Shown here: piece by piece, positions 1 through 12,166 of the stretch
Numbering within the stretch: the first letter of the stretch is position 1
Layout of the letters: the number at the start of each line of letters is the position of its first letter
Assembly: GCF_028641065.1 (NCBI RefSeq)
Contig: NC_073400.1
Location: 19,592,001-19,656,000 of the forward strand
Source of the DNA: Leucoraja erinacea
Taxonomy: Eukaryota
DNA: 64,000 nucleotides
Direction of reading: 5' to 3'
Position numbers and translations under genes: made by a program
Notes under the pieces: model-generated
What the model saw: the letters and a program-made list of their open reading frames with translations, nothing else
Databases searched by the model: none
Told to the model about the DNA's origin: nothing

Positions 1-1667
1 GGGGGAACATTCCTTATGCCTTCTTCACCACCTAGATCCCTCTGCTCCTCAATACTACCTGAGTCCAACCATTCAGTGTGCATCCCGCCCTCTAAAACTG
101 TACATCAACACACCCATTCAATCTGCCATTGCTCCTTGTTTTATCATCTGATCAACATCTTTCTGTAACTGAAAAACAACTTCCTCATCAACAGTTTTCA
201 CAGTGATCAAAAATAATGGATCAAAGGGCACAGGAACTCTGATCAAGAAAAGTGGACCGCAGGTTCACTAACCCAGAAAATTGGCCTCAGAGCACAGGGC
301 ATTAATCAAAAACAAGTCACTGATCTCCGGTCTACAATACAGTACAGATGCATAATAGTTTAGAATGGCAGGTCGTGGGGAACAGGATCTCTGATTCAAG
401 ACAAGTTGCAGCGTCACTGAGATCTAGAAAAGCGAGGCAAGGGATCAAAATGATCGAGTACAGTGGTTCACAGTACATATGGTCACTCTGATTCTGATAG
501 ATTCAAGTGACTGGAGTTGTTTACCCTGAACCAGAGGCCACCAAGGGGAGGCAATCAAGATGCATGATAAGATGTTAGTGAGAAAAGAAGCTGCTATCCC
601 TGAAAGGGGTTCTGAGCTTCACTCCCTGACTCTCCGTATTTAATCTGCACATGAAATTTAACTTGAAAAGGCAGTATCTACAGTAGTGACAAAGTGGGAA
701 AAATTAGTTCAGGTTCATTAGAGTAACAAGGAACTGCAGATGCTGCTTTACACCAAATATCAACACAAAAAAATGAAGAAGAATCTTGACCCGAAACGTC
801 ACATATTCCTTTTCTCTAGAGATGCTGCCTGATCCGCTGAGCTACTCCAGCATTTTGTGTCTATCTTCAGGCATATTAGATTTGTCCCAAGCAGGATAAA
901 CATCCTTCATTGCACAGCTTCCCCATATCGTTAATTTTCTATACATCGAAAAGGAATTGTGCTACTTTATCTGCTTGGATGTAAGATTGCCTTATCTCTG
1001 CTCGGCGGTTCAACTAAGCAGTTGATAACCACTTCCGACTTCAGAGTGCTTCCGCATGGGCGTGCATCTTTGGTCCAGTAAGCCTGCTCATGCAAAAAAC
1101 ATGATGCGCGCCGGGTGCGTGTCTTTAAAGTGAGGTGTTCAAGAGAGGGAGGTGACAGCGATGTTAACAGGCCATGGTCAGAATACAAGGAGGTAGCTAC
1201 AAGCAGTTTTCAATGCAGAAAATATCAGGAGTGAACTGCGAGTTCTTGTGTCCTCTCCACCCCTGGTATCAGCTGTATGGCCTAAAATGAAGAGGAGCGG
1301 ACAATGAGAATCCATTAATATCTAGCGTTTTATTTGGATGTGTTGAAGCTTCCCTACACCCCAATCCAGGAACCCTTCCCACACCCACCCCAATCCCACG
1401 ACACTTTCTCTTCTCCACAACTCTCCCACAGTCTCCACAGAGGGTAAATTCTGGAGGTACTTCACTCTTTCCGCCCAGGGTAAGTATAAGTGCAGACAGG
1501 CAGAGTTTGACCTCGGGAGGGGTAGGGGAAGGAACTGCCCCACACTCCATGGGGTCTAATGGGGTGAGGGCAGGGGGCAGCAGACAGCATCAGATCGAGA
1601 TGTCAGATGGGGTTCCTGGTCCAGTGTCACCAGGGTCTTGCGGTCACTCCCAGCTGCCCATATTCAC

Positions 1668-1763
1668 CTTTCCAATGGAAAGGGCTACGGCTTCCGTGAC
1701 GAGAAAATCCTCAACCGTCTGCTGGATCTCGTCAGCCAGGATCACGGCTCAGACTGAGACGTC
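1668..1763 (-). other. Probable downstream (3'UTR) exon of gene C
   Basis: Acceptor ctttttattgtcccacag and donor AAG|GTGAAT; 96 bp with stop codons in all three frames. Confidence 0.45.
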
Positions 1764-2130
1764 CTGTGGGACAATAAAAAGGCAGGAGTTGTCAAACAGT
1801 TTGCTGACGAGGCACTCAGAACACAGGGGTAAGTGTCATTTAACCCGGGGGAAATCGGAGAAGGGGATGGGTGTCCTTGGACTGTGGGAGGGGATTCAAT
1901 GGATGGGGACAGTCTGCAAGAACTGAGGGAAGAGAATCAATGGGTTGGGGAGATGGTCATAAGGGAGCAAATTCAATTAGTGGACTATGGGGGATATAGT
2001 AGGTGGGAAGTCTGAAAGGGGAGAGCACTTGAGCATTGGGCAGATTAAGAGGGTGGATAAATCCATGGGTTCTGGGACTGTCAGCTGTTGATAATGCTCT
2101 GGAACCTTTACCTTTAATCCCACTCAGTCA

Positions 2131-2204
2131 CTACAGGGAGCATTTCAGCAGCATCAGTCCGAGAAGCAGTGGAAGCGGTGATCGAACTGTCCGCGATGAG
2201 GAGG
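2131..2204 (-). CDS. Gene C terminal coding exon: GPI-anchor signal
   Basis: Acceptor attctttccttttcag, phase 1. Encodes ASSSRTVRSPLPLLLGLMLLKCSL*: small-residue omega region, spacer and hydrophobic tail, with no cytoplasmic part. A donor AAG|GTAAAG follows at 2112. Confidence 0.8.
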
Positions 2205-3463
2205 CTGAAAAGGAAAGAATGGTCTTTAGTAGTGATCAAAGCAGTCATGGGAGGGTGGGAAAAAAGTTATGGCATAGGAGGAGGAGCGGTTTGGGCAGGT
2301 TATGCCGAGGAAGGATGGGTGGGGGGTTTGTCCAGATGGAGGAAGGAGTGGTGGGTTGGTGAGGTCTGCACCGCGGAGGTGACAGTTGAGGGGGTGAGGA
2401 TTCTGCGCCTAAGGTGAAGCGGGTGGATGGGTGGTTAAGTCCACCTTGAAGAGGGAGGAGTGTCCGTGGGGGGGGGGGGGGGGGGGGGGGGGGGGAGTGA
2501 GGTCTGTGGAGTTGTGGGAGGGGGAAGTCTTTGGCTTAGGCATGGGGGAACAGTTACAGGGTGTGGGGAAAAGTGGGTGAGGGAGAGAGGTGTGGAAGAT
2601 GTGGTGGCGGATGTGGGAGGTATGGGTGGGGGGGGTGGGCAAGGGGTGAGGAAGGGGCGTTTTGGGGGAGTGGCGTGTGGGGGAGGGAAGGCTGTGGGGG
2701 GGGTAGGGATGCGTCTTGTCGGAGGTGCGATTGGGTGACGGAGGTGCAAGGCGTGGGGGAGGCGTGGGGGAGGTGAGGGTGAGTGGGAGATGGACGAATG
2801 GTGGGGAGAGGCGAGTGGTGGAGGGGCGAGATGTGACTGGGTGGGCAAGGTACAAGGCTTGTTAGAGGGGTAGATGTGTGGGTGAGGTGCTGGGCATGGG
2901 CATGGGCGACTTGTTGCTGAGGCAGGGTGGGGAAGTCCATGGCAGCGGAGTGTCTGGTATGGACGGCGGCTCCAAATTTGGGGGAAAGGTTGGGTCAGAG
3001 TGGGGATGGCTGGATCAGACACTGAAGGACAATAGGACAGATACTCTGAGGGACTGAGGAAGCTAGAGTGTGATGGAGAATGATGTAGGTGCCAAATAGA
3101 AGTAGCAATGTGTAATGAAACAGAGGGACATGTAAGAGTTGTTTGGAATGATGGAATGTGGAGTTGGATAGAGGTAGGGAGATCAGGAGTGGGACGAAGG
3201 GAGCGATGTAGAGAGGGACAAAGGTAATGATGTGGAACAGGAGGGGTAAGAAAGGCAGAGAGCTGCAGTAAATGGAGGGTTCATAGTAGGTTGAAGAGAG
3301 GAGGACAGAGAGACATTTGACTTGTGTGGAGTGGAGGTGATCAGCGAGGTCGTCCAGTGGTGAGGATGGCAAGGTGGAGCTTGATAGCAGGAGGATATAG
3401 AGGCAGTAGCTTGGGGCTTTAGGGGCGGACTGGAATTGAGAGCGGGAATGCGCCCTGACCCAC

Positions 3464-3793
3464 CAAAAACATATAGCTGCATGTTCATGTAGATGCCTTT
3501 CCCTTTGCTAAACTTGGCTTGTAGGCTGTACTAGCCAGCGTCAGCTGCACGGACTGACTCCAGCATCAATGTGCCATTGTCGTACATATGCGCCCGATGC
3601 TTGTAGATACCATGGCATTCCAGCTCGTCAGGCAGGTTCCAGGTACAGATGACAGAGGGCAGGGATTTCGGCAACTTGCGGAAAGTCCATTGAAGGAAGG
3701 TGGGCGCCTTTTCCAGATGGACGGACAGGGTGGTATTGACGTTCACCCGACTACATCTGTAGTCATTGACCAATGTAGCTGCAGAGACTTGGC
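3464..3793 (-). pseudogene. Gene C duplicated Ig V exon (V2) with a single in-frame TAG
   Basis: Intact acceptor (ctcccag) and donor (G|GTGGGT), 330 bp. Aligns without gaps to V1 at roughly half identity. TAG at 3531-3533 replaces the TGG (Trp) of DxGWY. Confidence 0.85.
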
Positions 3794-3849
3794 CTGGGAG
3801 CAAGGGGGCGAAGTGAGCAAGGGGTGATAGTGTGGCATAGCAGTCTACC

Positions 3850-4520
3850 TATGTCCCCTACTGTCAACCCTATGCCCTGACAAACTCATGACCCAGCTAT
3901 CAGTGAGCCCAAAGCCTGACCCTAGACAGTGATAGAATGTCTCCTCATCGCAGGCAGTGACCCCAGCTTTTCACCCCAATCTCAGACTATGACTGGATCA
4001 TTACCCCAATCCCTCATAGCAACATTGGACCATTGATCCTGACTCTGGAACATGACTGTCACCCTTCACCCCAACACTCGACTATGACCCTGATTCCTTA
4101 CCTTGGCCAGTAACTGCATGCCAGAACCTTAAACCTGGCCATAGGCAGTGGCTACAACCTTCCTTTTATCTTCATCCCAAGAACCTGTCAACTCGTAGCA
4201 GACCAACAATGACCATGACCTCTTACTTTGAACTGGACAGTGATGTGCTCCCTTGCTGAATCCAGACAGTAGTATGACCCATCACACTGACTTCGGAGTG
4301 TTGTGACCCCCTCATCCCAACTCTGGATAGTGACACAAACCTTTCACCCTAATTCCAGACAGTTACATTCCTTACCCCAGCCCTGGATAGTGACATTATG
4401 CCTAATCCTGATGCAGGACAGCTACAGAACTCACCCTGATCGAAGTGATAGGACCCCTCGACCCCCAACCCTGGGTTGAGACAAGGTCGATCCCTCGCCC
4501 TAGTCATTACTTTGATCCAG
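3850..4520. repeat. Degenerate ~30-bp tandem repeat (..accctggACAGTGAcac..)
   Basis: Recurrent gacagtga/gatagtga units; paralogous to 5285-5915. Confidence 0.6.
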
Positions 4521-4936
4521 GACAGCAAGACAGAGGGGGGGGATTCAGCTGAGATTTGTGGATAAAGGATGTGAAAGTGGGACAGGGGGAAAGGATGTGG
4601 TGCACAACACAAGCAGAGTGAGGTGAGAGGGATGGCAGACATTGAAGGAAGTGCAAGGAGGAGAGGGGTAGTGATCAGGAGGATGAAGTTTGGATTAGGA
4701 TTAACTGACAAAATGTTGAGCAGTATATAGGGATTTTGAGCAGGATGGAGGGAAGGAATATGAGGGATGAGTAAGAGTGGGACAGGAGGAGGTTGACTGG
4801 CACAGTAAGTTGCCAGAGAGGCAGTGAGGTGGCACGGAAATAGAGAAGGGACCTTATGGCAGGAGACGGCAGAGAAGCAGTGGTTGGTGGGGATGGATGG
4901 GTTGAATGGGATGGAGGGAGATGCAGCCTCACCCAC

Positions 4937-5266
4937 CGAAAACATATAGCTGCACTCTGTGGTGGACGCCTTGTTTGTGGCTGAACATGGCATGGAGGTA
5001 GTACCAGCCGGAGTCAGCAGCACGGATTGAGCCCAGCAACAGTGTGCCGTTGATGTAGATGTGCGCCCGGTTCGTGTAGCTACCCCGGCACTCCCGCTGG
5101 TCGGGTAGGTACCAGATGCAGATGATAGAAGGTGTAGAGCGAGGCGATTTACGGAAGCTCCACTCCAGGAATGTGGGCTCCTGCTTCAGACTGACAGGAA
5201 AGGTGACTTTGGAGTCCAACCGAGCACATGCATAGTCCGTCGCAAGTGTGATGCCGTGGACCAGCC
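4937..5266 (-). CDS. Gene C exon 2: Ig V domain (V1), CD2/CD48-like
   Basis: Acceptor atcctcacgcccag, donor G|GTGGGT, 330 bp. Motifs KVTFPV, LEWSF, RAHIYINGTLLLGSIRAADSGWY and VQLYVF. Confidence 0.9.
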
Positions 5267-5284
5267 CTGGGCGTGAGGATGACA

Positions 5285-5915
5285 TTGTTAGTGGCACGAA
5301 CCTTCACTCCAAACTCAAGACAGTGACATGACACTTTATCCCAAACCCAGAGAGTGACACGACCGCTCATCTGAACCCTGGACAGTGATATTGTCCTAAC
5401 ACTGACCCAGACAGTGAACAACCTTAATCCTGTGTGACACGACTTTTCACTCTGACCCCAGACAGTTATATGATCACCCCCTCCCACCACATTGCGACCC
5501 TAAAGTGTGACGTGATGTCTCGCCCAAACCCTGCGTGGCGACACAACATCCCATTGTGACCCTAGGCACCTTAACCTCTCTTATAGACCTGGACAGTGAC
5601 ACCGCAACTCCCCCCTTCCCCCAAATCTGGACAGTGACATAACCCTCCAACATTAATTTGAAGAGTGATATAACCTTTTACAGTTAGGCGTCTTTTCACC
5701 CTAACCCAAAACAGCAACAGAACTCTCACCCTGATCTCATCAAACTTCACGACCCTTCACACTCAGACAATTAAATGACACCTTATCTGACTCCAACAGT
5801 GATACTTTACACCAACCTTGGCCTGGAAACAATGCATTATCCCAAACCAGACAGTGATATGGCATCTCACCCTGAATCAGAACAATCATATATTCCTTCA
5901 CCTGACTCAGACAAT
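5285..5915. repeat. Degenerate ~30-bp tandem repeat (..accctggACAGTGAcac..)
   Basis: More than ten gacagtga-containing units in the intron upstream of V1. Confidence 0.65.
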
Positions 5916-5916
5916 A

Positions 5917-6273
5917 ACATAGAAACATAGAAATTAGGTGCAGGAGTAGGCCATTCGGCCCTTCGAGCCTGCACCGCCATTCAATATGATCATGGCTGAT
6001 CATCCAACTCAGTATCCCGTACCTGCCTTCTCTCCATACCCTCTCATCCATAGCCACAAGGGCCACATCTAACTCCCTCTTAAATATAGCCAATGAACTG
6101 GCCTCAATTACCCTCTGTGGCAGAGAGTTCCAGAGATTCACCACTCTCTGTGTGAAAAAAGTTCTTCTCATCTCGGTTTTAAAGGATTTCCCCCTTATCC
6201 TTAAGCTGTGACCCCTTGTCCTGGACTTCCCCAACATCAGGAACAATCTTCCTGCATCTAGCCTGTCCAACCC
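5917..6273 (-). mobile_element. CR1 LINE 3' fragment
   Basis: (CATAGAAA)n tail and the end of ORF2 (SRTRGHSLRI..FFTQRVVNLWNSLP). Confidence 0.9.
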
Positions 6274-6539
6274 CAACATGGCCCCTCTTGCTGACACTAC
6301 ACAGTAGCATAGCCGCTAACCCTAATCCTGGATTGTGATACGAACCCTCACCCTAATCCCAGCCCGTAACATGATTCCTCACCCTGAATCCCGACCCTGT
6401 CAAGACTCCTCATCCCAACGCCATAAACGACATGTCTCTTCAAACCACTTCCCTCATACAACCCCTATCTACGATGAACTCCCTTGCACTTACCCCAATC
6501 CCAATCTCTTTATTCATTGTCTGTCATCTGTGAACATTC

Positions 6540-8380
6540 TATGACCCCACCTCTCCACTAAGCGCACCCCTGATCCATCCCATCTGACCATGACCCTTTC
6601 ACACCACTGACCCACATTTAGGTCTACCTACAGAACCCCATTCCTGACCCCTCCACTGATCTCTTCAACTCCCATCACTAATTTCTCATCTGACCCCCCC
6701 TCCTTCCCATGACTCTTCCTCTCCACTGACCTTAAATCACCCCTTCCTTTCCTTTCGGCTGACCCTACCACTTTTCCCTACCCGACCTCCCCACCACTGA
6801 AGCCATCCCCCAGACTACTCCACAACACTGACCGTGATTAGTGATGCCCTCTCCCTTCTCACCCTCACTCTTAACTCCTCCACTTTACCCAGATTCCCTA
6901 ACTCTCCCTGATTTCCTCCTACATCAACCCCCATCACTGACCCTTTCCACCTCTCTCCTTTCCCCCTGACCCCCACAATGACCCTTCCCCTCCACTGACT
7001 CTCTCCCCAGACCATTCCCATCCACTGATACCATCTTATATGATCACACCCCCCCCACCCTCATCGCTGACCCTCCCCCATTTCCTCCTCCCTTGATCCC
7101 CATATCTGATCCCTCTATTCCACTGACACCCACTGACCTCCGCACTCAAAAAACACCTCATCAAACCCCTCACCCACCCTCCCCCTGGCCCTCAATCCTG
7201 ACCTTTTTGCTAACTCCCATCTCTGACCCACCTCCCCTCCACTGATGTCCATTCCTGACCTCTCCTCTCCATTGACTCCACCACTGAACTCTCTTTTCCA
7301 CTGGCCCTCTTTTCCACCCTACCCAAGTCTCTCCTCTCAACTGGTTTCCATCCCTGACCATAATCTACCGAACCCCATTCCTGGCTCCACCACTGGCCCA
7401 ATCCTTGACCGTTCCCATGAGCACCACCCTAACCCTTCCACTCCTGACCTTCAGCCTTGACCCCTCATCTCCACTGAGCTCCATCTATATGACCATCTCC
7501 ATTGATCCCCTCCCATGTCCCACCCTTGACCTTCCCCACTCATCCCTATCCTTGACCTTCCTCTCCACTATCCCATGTATGACCCCCTACTCCACTGACC
7601 ATGACCGTTGACTCTTCCACTGAACACAATGTCAACCCCTCCCCTCCTCTGAACCCCATCCCTGTATCAACTCCTTCTCTGATTACCACTTGCTGATCCC
7701 CACACCTGATCCCTCCACACTGACCCTCCATCGACTCACTTCTTTGACACCTCTCTTCCACTGACACCCACCACTGGCTCACTCCCCACATCTGCTCACT
7801 TTATTCCACTGACCCCACGTTTGATCCCTTCCCTATATTTATCCCCACCCGCTGACACCACTGACCCTTCCCCACTGATGCCACCGTTGATCCCTCAACA
7901 CTGAACCTTCCCGCCCTCCCCTTCCACTGATATCCATCACTAACCCTGCCCAATGACCCCCACTACATCTGATCCACTTCTACTGACTGCATCCTTGACC
8001 CCTTCCCATTGTCCACCACCCGACTCTTCTGCTCCCTTACCCATACCCTTCAGTTCCCCATCCGATATTCTTACCGGTCTTCACTCATTGCCCCCCTCCC
8101 TCCCATCCCAGTCCCATTCCACCGACCCATACTGCTGGCCTTTCCCTGCTTTTCTGGACTTTCATTAACTCACAATCATGAACCCTTTAAATGACCCCTA
8201 CCCGTGACTCTCCAGACCCCGGTCCTCCCTATCCTCACTCCTTCCCTCCCAACGACTCCCACCTCTACACCTCCAGATGCCTACTCATGACCTTTCGCTA
8301 ACCCCCTACCCACTGACCCCCACCCCTCCTCACTCTCCACATCTCCAACCCTTGACTCCTTTGCTCCTCCCCACTCCCGG
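6540..8380. repeat. C-rich low-complexity degenerate repeat (ccactgaccc units)
   Basis: Repeated ccactgacc motifs and strong C/T strand skew. Confidence 0.6.
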
Positions 8381-8443
8381 GCTTCACTTGGCCCCACGGT
8401 AGTCACTCGCCGTGCACCATGCCCGCTCCACCTTACACCTTAC

Positions 8444-8492
8444 CGGCGCACAACGCCATGAGAACACAGAGGGCGGGGAAAGGGGCGGCCAT
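8444..8492 (-). CDS. Gene C exon 1: signal peptide MAAPFPALCVLMALCA
   Basis: GCGATGG Kozak context and donor CCG|GTAAGG (phase 1), within a CpG island. Confidence 0.87.
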
Positions 8493-8494
8493 CG

Positions 8495-8680
8495 CGCGGC
8501 GCCAACTGACAGCCCCGATGCCCCCGCGCCCCCGCGCCCACTCCCGCCTCCATCAACCAATGGGAAGCGCCCGCTCGGTCGGGCCAACGCCCTCCGGGGA
8601 TCCGCCAATCAGAGCCCGCTTTGGATCCGCTCGTGCCCACGGTTTAAACCGCTGCTTCAACTGTCGACGCTCGAGGGTGG
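8495..8680 (-). promoter_or_regulatory. CpG-island promoter of gene C with CCAAT and GC boxes
   Basis: CpG-dense from 8380 to 8710. AACCAATGGG, GCCAATCAGAG and CCCGCC motifs lie just upstream of the ATG. Confidence 0.7.
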
Positions 8681-9768
8681 AGATGGGATGGAGAGGAGAG
8701 GTCACGGGTGACCCCAGACCCCGACTCTCCCAAACTCCTCCCCAACTCTCCTCTCAACCATTAATTCCCACCGTCCTCAAATCCCCCCAATTAAAGGTGT
8801 CCTTCGCTCCATAGATGCTGCTGCACCCGCTGAGCATTTTTGTGTACCTTTGATTTTCCAGTATCTGCAGTTCCTTCTTAAACCCCTGATCTCTGATACA
8901 GATTAGCTCCAAATCCAAGATCCTAACTCAAATCCCAATCCCTAATGTAGAAACGAAAAACTGCAGATGCTGGTTAATACATAAAAAGACACGAAGGAGG
9001 GTCTAGGTCCGAAACATCGCCTATCCATGTTTTCCAGAGATGCTGCCTGATCTGCGGAGTTACGCCAACAATCTGTGTCCCGGATCCATAACCCCAGATT
9101 TTGACCCCTAACCCCAGACCCTGATCCCGAATCCCAGATCATGACTGACACAAACTCCAATCCTCAACGATAGACTCTGACCCCTAGCCCCAGTGTCTAA
9201 TCCCAATATCAGTTTAAAACCATAAACAATAACTTTGTGATCCCTAATCTAATCGATATGATGAATTTTAATCCCAGATTATGACCCTTAATCCCATCCT
9301 GGACTGACCAATAATTACAGACAAACTTTCCATTTCAGTTCTAGACCCCAACCCCTCATACAGACCCTGATGTCTAATTGCCAATGATTCCAGGCTCTGA
9401 CCCTAATCTAGCCAGAATCCTCACCTCTTGGTCAGGAGTATTTCAGCAGCGGACAGGCTGGGCAAATTTATGCAAGATTACTGACAGTCCTCCCACCCTT
9501 TGTGGACCAAAGAACATAATTTCCCATAGATATCATGCAGATACCTTTTTTCCAGAACATTAACATATCAGTGCAGCATTAGGCTTTCACTGTCCATCCC
9601 CTTCCGAGTCAAGACACTATTCAAGTTCAGAAATTATTTTTACTGGAGAAAGAGTACATCAGGTTCAAACAAAGAGTGCACCCGCACCTTTGAACTGAGC
9701 TAGGTTCCCACACCCTGCATCTCCCCTCCTCCTCAGTGATGGAGCAGGTGTAGAGGAGGTCCTCCACA

Positions 9769-9882
9769 TCAGTAAGGTGATGGCAGCGATGATGTGGTGG
9801 TCCTGGTCCTGGAGCCTTGTGACGGAGAGGTGGTTTTGCCTAAGCGAGAGGCCATAAGCAGCATTTCTGGTCCTCTCACACC
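9769..9882 (-). CDS. Gene B putative last exon (alternative C-terminus or 3'UTR)
   Basis: Acceptor ctctctgctacttcctcag. Reads GVRGPEMLLMASRLGKTTSPSQGSRTRTTTSSLPSPY* in phase 0. Confidence 0.4.
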   Translation of the reverse strand, partial: GVRGPEMLLMASRLGKTTSPSQGSRTRTTTSSLPSPY

Positions 9883-10549
9883 CTGAGGAAGTAGCAGAGA
9901 GGACTGGTTTTAATGCAGACTATAAGAGGCACACACTAGATGGATGAGCAGTATGGATGGGACAATTGTGGGACTAATTTGCATATGCATAGTTAATAAC
10001 AGTCAACGCAAGAGGCGACTAGACTCGTTTAGAAGAAACAGGGATAATCTCAACAAATTTAGATTTTTTTTTGTGAGGGATCTTGGTATCATTGGCCAGC
10101 ATTTATTACCCATCCCGTGTTCTCTTGAGAATGTATGAAAGAACCACCTTTTTGAACTGCTGCAATCTCTCTGGTAAAGGTGCTTCCACAGTGCTGTTGG
10201 AACAAAGTTTGAGGTTTTAGCCTAGTGATAACAAAGAAATGGCAATGTGCCAACATTAATATTGTCAGTCGATGGGTTAAAATAAAGTGTTGGCCATTTC
10301 AGACTGAGGTGCGAAAAATCGTTTTCACCCAGAGAGTTGTGAATTTGTGGAATTCCCTGCCACAGAGGGCAGTGGAGGTCAAATCACTGGATGGATTTAA
10401 TAGAGAGTTAGAAAGAGTTCTAGGGGCTAGTGGAATCAAGGGATATGGGGAGAAGGCAGGCACGGGTTATGATTGGGGACGATCAGCCGCTGGCTCGAAG
10501 GGCCGAATGGCCTCCTCCTGCACCTATTTGCTATGTTTCTAACTGTGGT

Positions 10550-11270
10550 CAGGCATCATCTGTAGAAGGAAAGGACAAAATGGACAAGTAATAGCGAGGT
10601 ATCGGTGAGGGAGAGGGAGGTGATTGGCAGATGAGTGGAGTAAGTAACAAAGGCTAGAGGTGCAAAGAAGACAATAGGGTGTCAGATAAGGGCAGCAGAG
10701 GAGTGAAATGCAAAGCAATGCAAGAAATGCAAAGAAGGGGGTAAAAGGGAAATATGGGACTCGGGGATGGGAGGTGAGTGTATGGAGGTGAAAGGAGCAG
10801 AGTGACTGGGAAAGGTGGGAGATAGTGGGAGAAATTTGCGTGTACCAGGTTGCGTGTACCAAGAGACATAACAAAGGGGAGGAGGGTGGATATTACTTGA
10901 AATTGTATAATTCAATGTTCATACCAGTGCGTTTTAAGCTACAAAAGCAGAATATGTTCCTCCGGATTGCTTGTGGCCTTAGTCTGGGAAAGGCGAGGGT
11001 CAAGGACAGAAAGGTCGGTATGGGAAGGGAAAGTAAAATGGTTGCAACCGGGAGCTCCAACAGGCCTTGGTGGACAGAGTGCAAGTGTTCAGCAAAACAG
11101 TTGTCTAGACTACGCTTGGTCTGGCCAATGTCGAGGAGGCTACAGTGGAAGCACTGAATGCAGTAGATGAGGTTTGAAGAGTTGCACGAGGCCTTGTCTC
11201 ACCTGGAAAGACTGCTGGAGTGTCTGGATGGAAGTGCAAATGGAGGCGTGGTGACGTGTGTTAGCAAGTA
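10550..11270 (-). mobile_element. Penelope-like element fragment (GIY-YIG region)
   Basis: Reverse complement resembles 42000-42560, with an LxYCI..C.LLxIGxTKRxL remnant. Confidence 0.6.
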
Positions 11271-11349
11271 AATTATCAATAATTATGCAGTGTGGGGAAA
11301 ATATGTGTTTATTTAATTGGAAGTAGGAACAAGCTTAAGGACCTAAAAG

Positions 11350-11545
11350 ACCTCCTCGTTCATGAAACTGAACAGCCTCATCCTGTTCCCGTATAACAGG
11401 CTGGAGAGGGAATGAACGGTCCTCCTGTCCCCAACTAGCAGGCTGGAGATGGACTGAATAGCCTCCTCCTGTTCCTGTATGACAGGTTGGAGAGGGACTG
11501 AACAGCCTCCTCCTGCCTCCATATTTATAAAGGAATGGAGAAGGG
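11350..11545. repeat. ~43-bp tandem repeat
   Basis: About four units of actgaacagcctcctcctgttcctgtatgacaggctggagaggg. Confidence 0.65.
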
Positions 11546-11689
11546 TTCCTCACACAAGGCAGAGCCACATTGGAAGTTCAGAGTAGTCTGGCTCAGTGTC
11601 CTAAGGATGCCACACCAGATCCATGTATTCTACACCAACCCTCTTCCAGCCCCATCCTGAACTCTCCCAGTCAGGAGTCAACCTCACCT

Positions 11690-11769
11690 TCATGAAGTTA
11701 CTTGGGTATTCTGAACAGCCACAACGGAGCTAAAAACCGGGTACTGGGACACTGGCGGACCGAACCAGG
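11690..11769 (-). CDS. Gene B exon 5: short cytoplasmic tail
   Basis: Acceptor ctttttccttccttag. Encodes AWFGPPVSQYPVFSSVVAVQNTQVTS*, followed by AG|GTGAGG. An alternative phase-0 donor CAA|GTAACT lies at 11702. Confidence 0.65.
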
Positions 11770-12166
11770 CTAAGGAAGGAAAAAGGTACAGGTGAGGCAC
11801 TGGAGCACTACTGCAGGCATAGGGAGCTTACATTGTCATTCTTCTTCACTCACACATTGACATGGGCATGAACACACGCCTGCCCGCACACGCACACAGA
11901 GTCTTTTTTAATTACACATTGGAATGGGCATTCCCTCTGCCACACACCGAGGCTTATATAAGCATACACACAAACACAAACATATACAGTATGCACATGT
12001 GCACACTATCATTAAAATGGCAAGCATGTACACACATTAAGCTCTTCATACACTGATAGTCAGAAAACACATTCATATGCATACACACACACACACACAA
12101 ACGCTATACACACGCATGCACACAGATTCACAATTATGTACAAACATTACAGATATTCCTCATATA

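Noticed and set aside
1668-1763. Selenocysteine TGA in a phase-0 coding exon
   Set aside because: No upstream phase-0 partner exon or SECIS element was identified; it is simpler to read as a UTR exon.
2409-3372. Long Pro/His/Gly-rich ORFs
   Set aside because: These are artefacts of G/C-skewed low-complexity intron sequence and poly-G runs.
3850-5915. GACAGTG repeats beside V exons as RAG recombination signals
   Set aside because: They lack the essential CAC start and any 12/23-spaced nonamer, they lie 5' of the V exons, and the V exons are complete with a G strand and splice donor.
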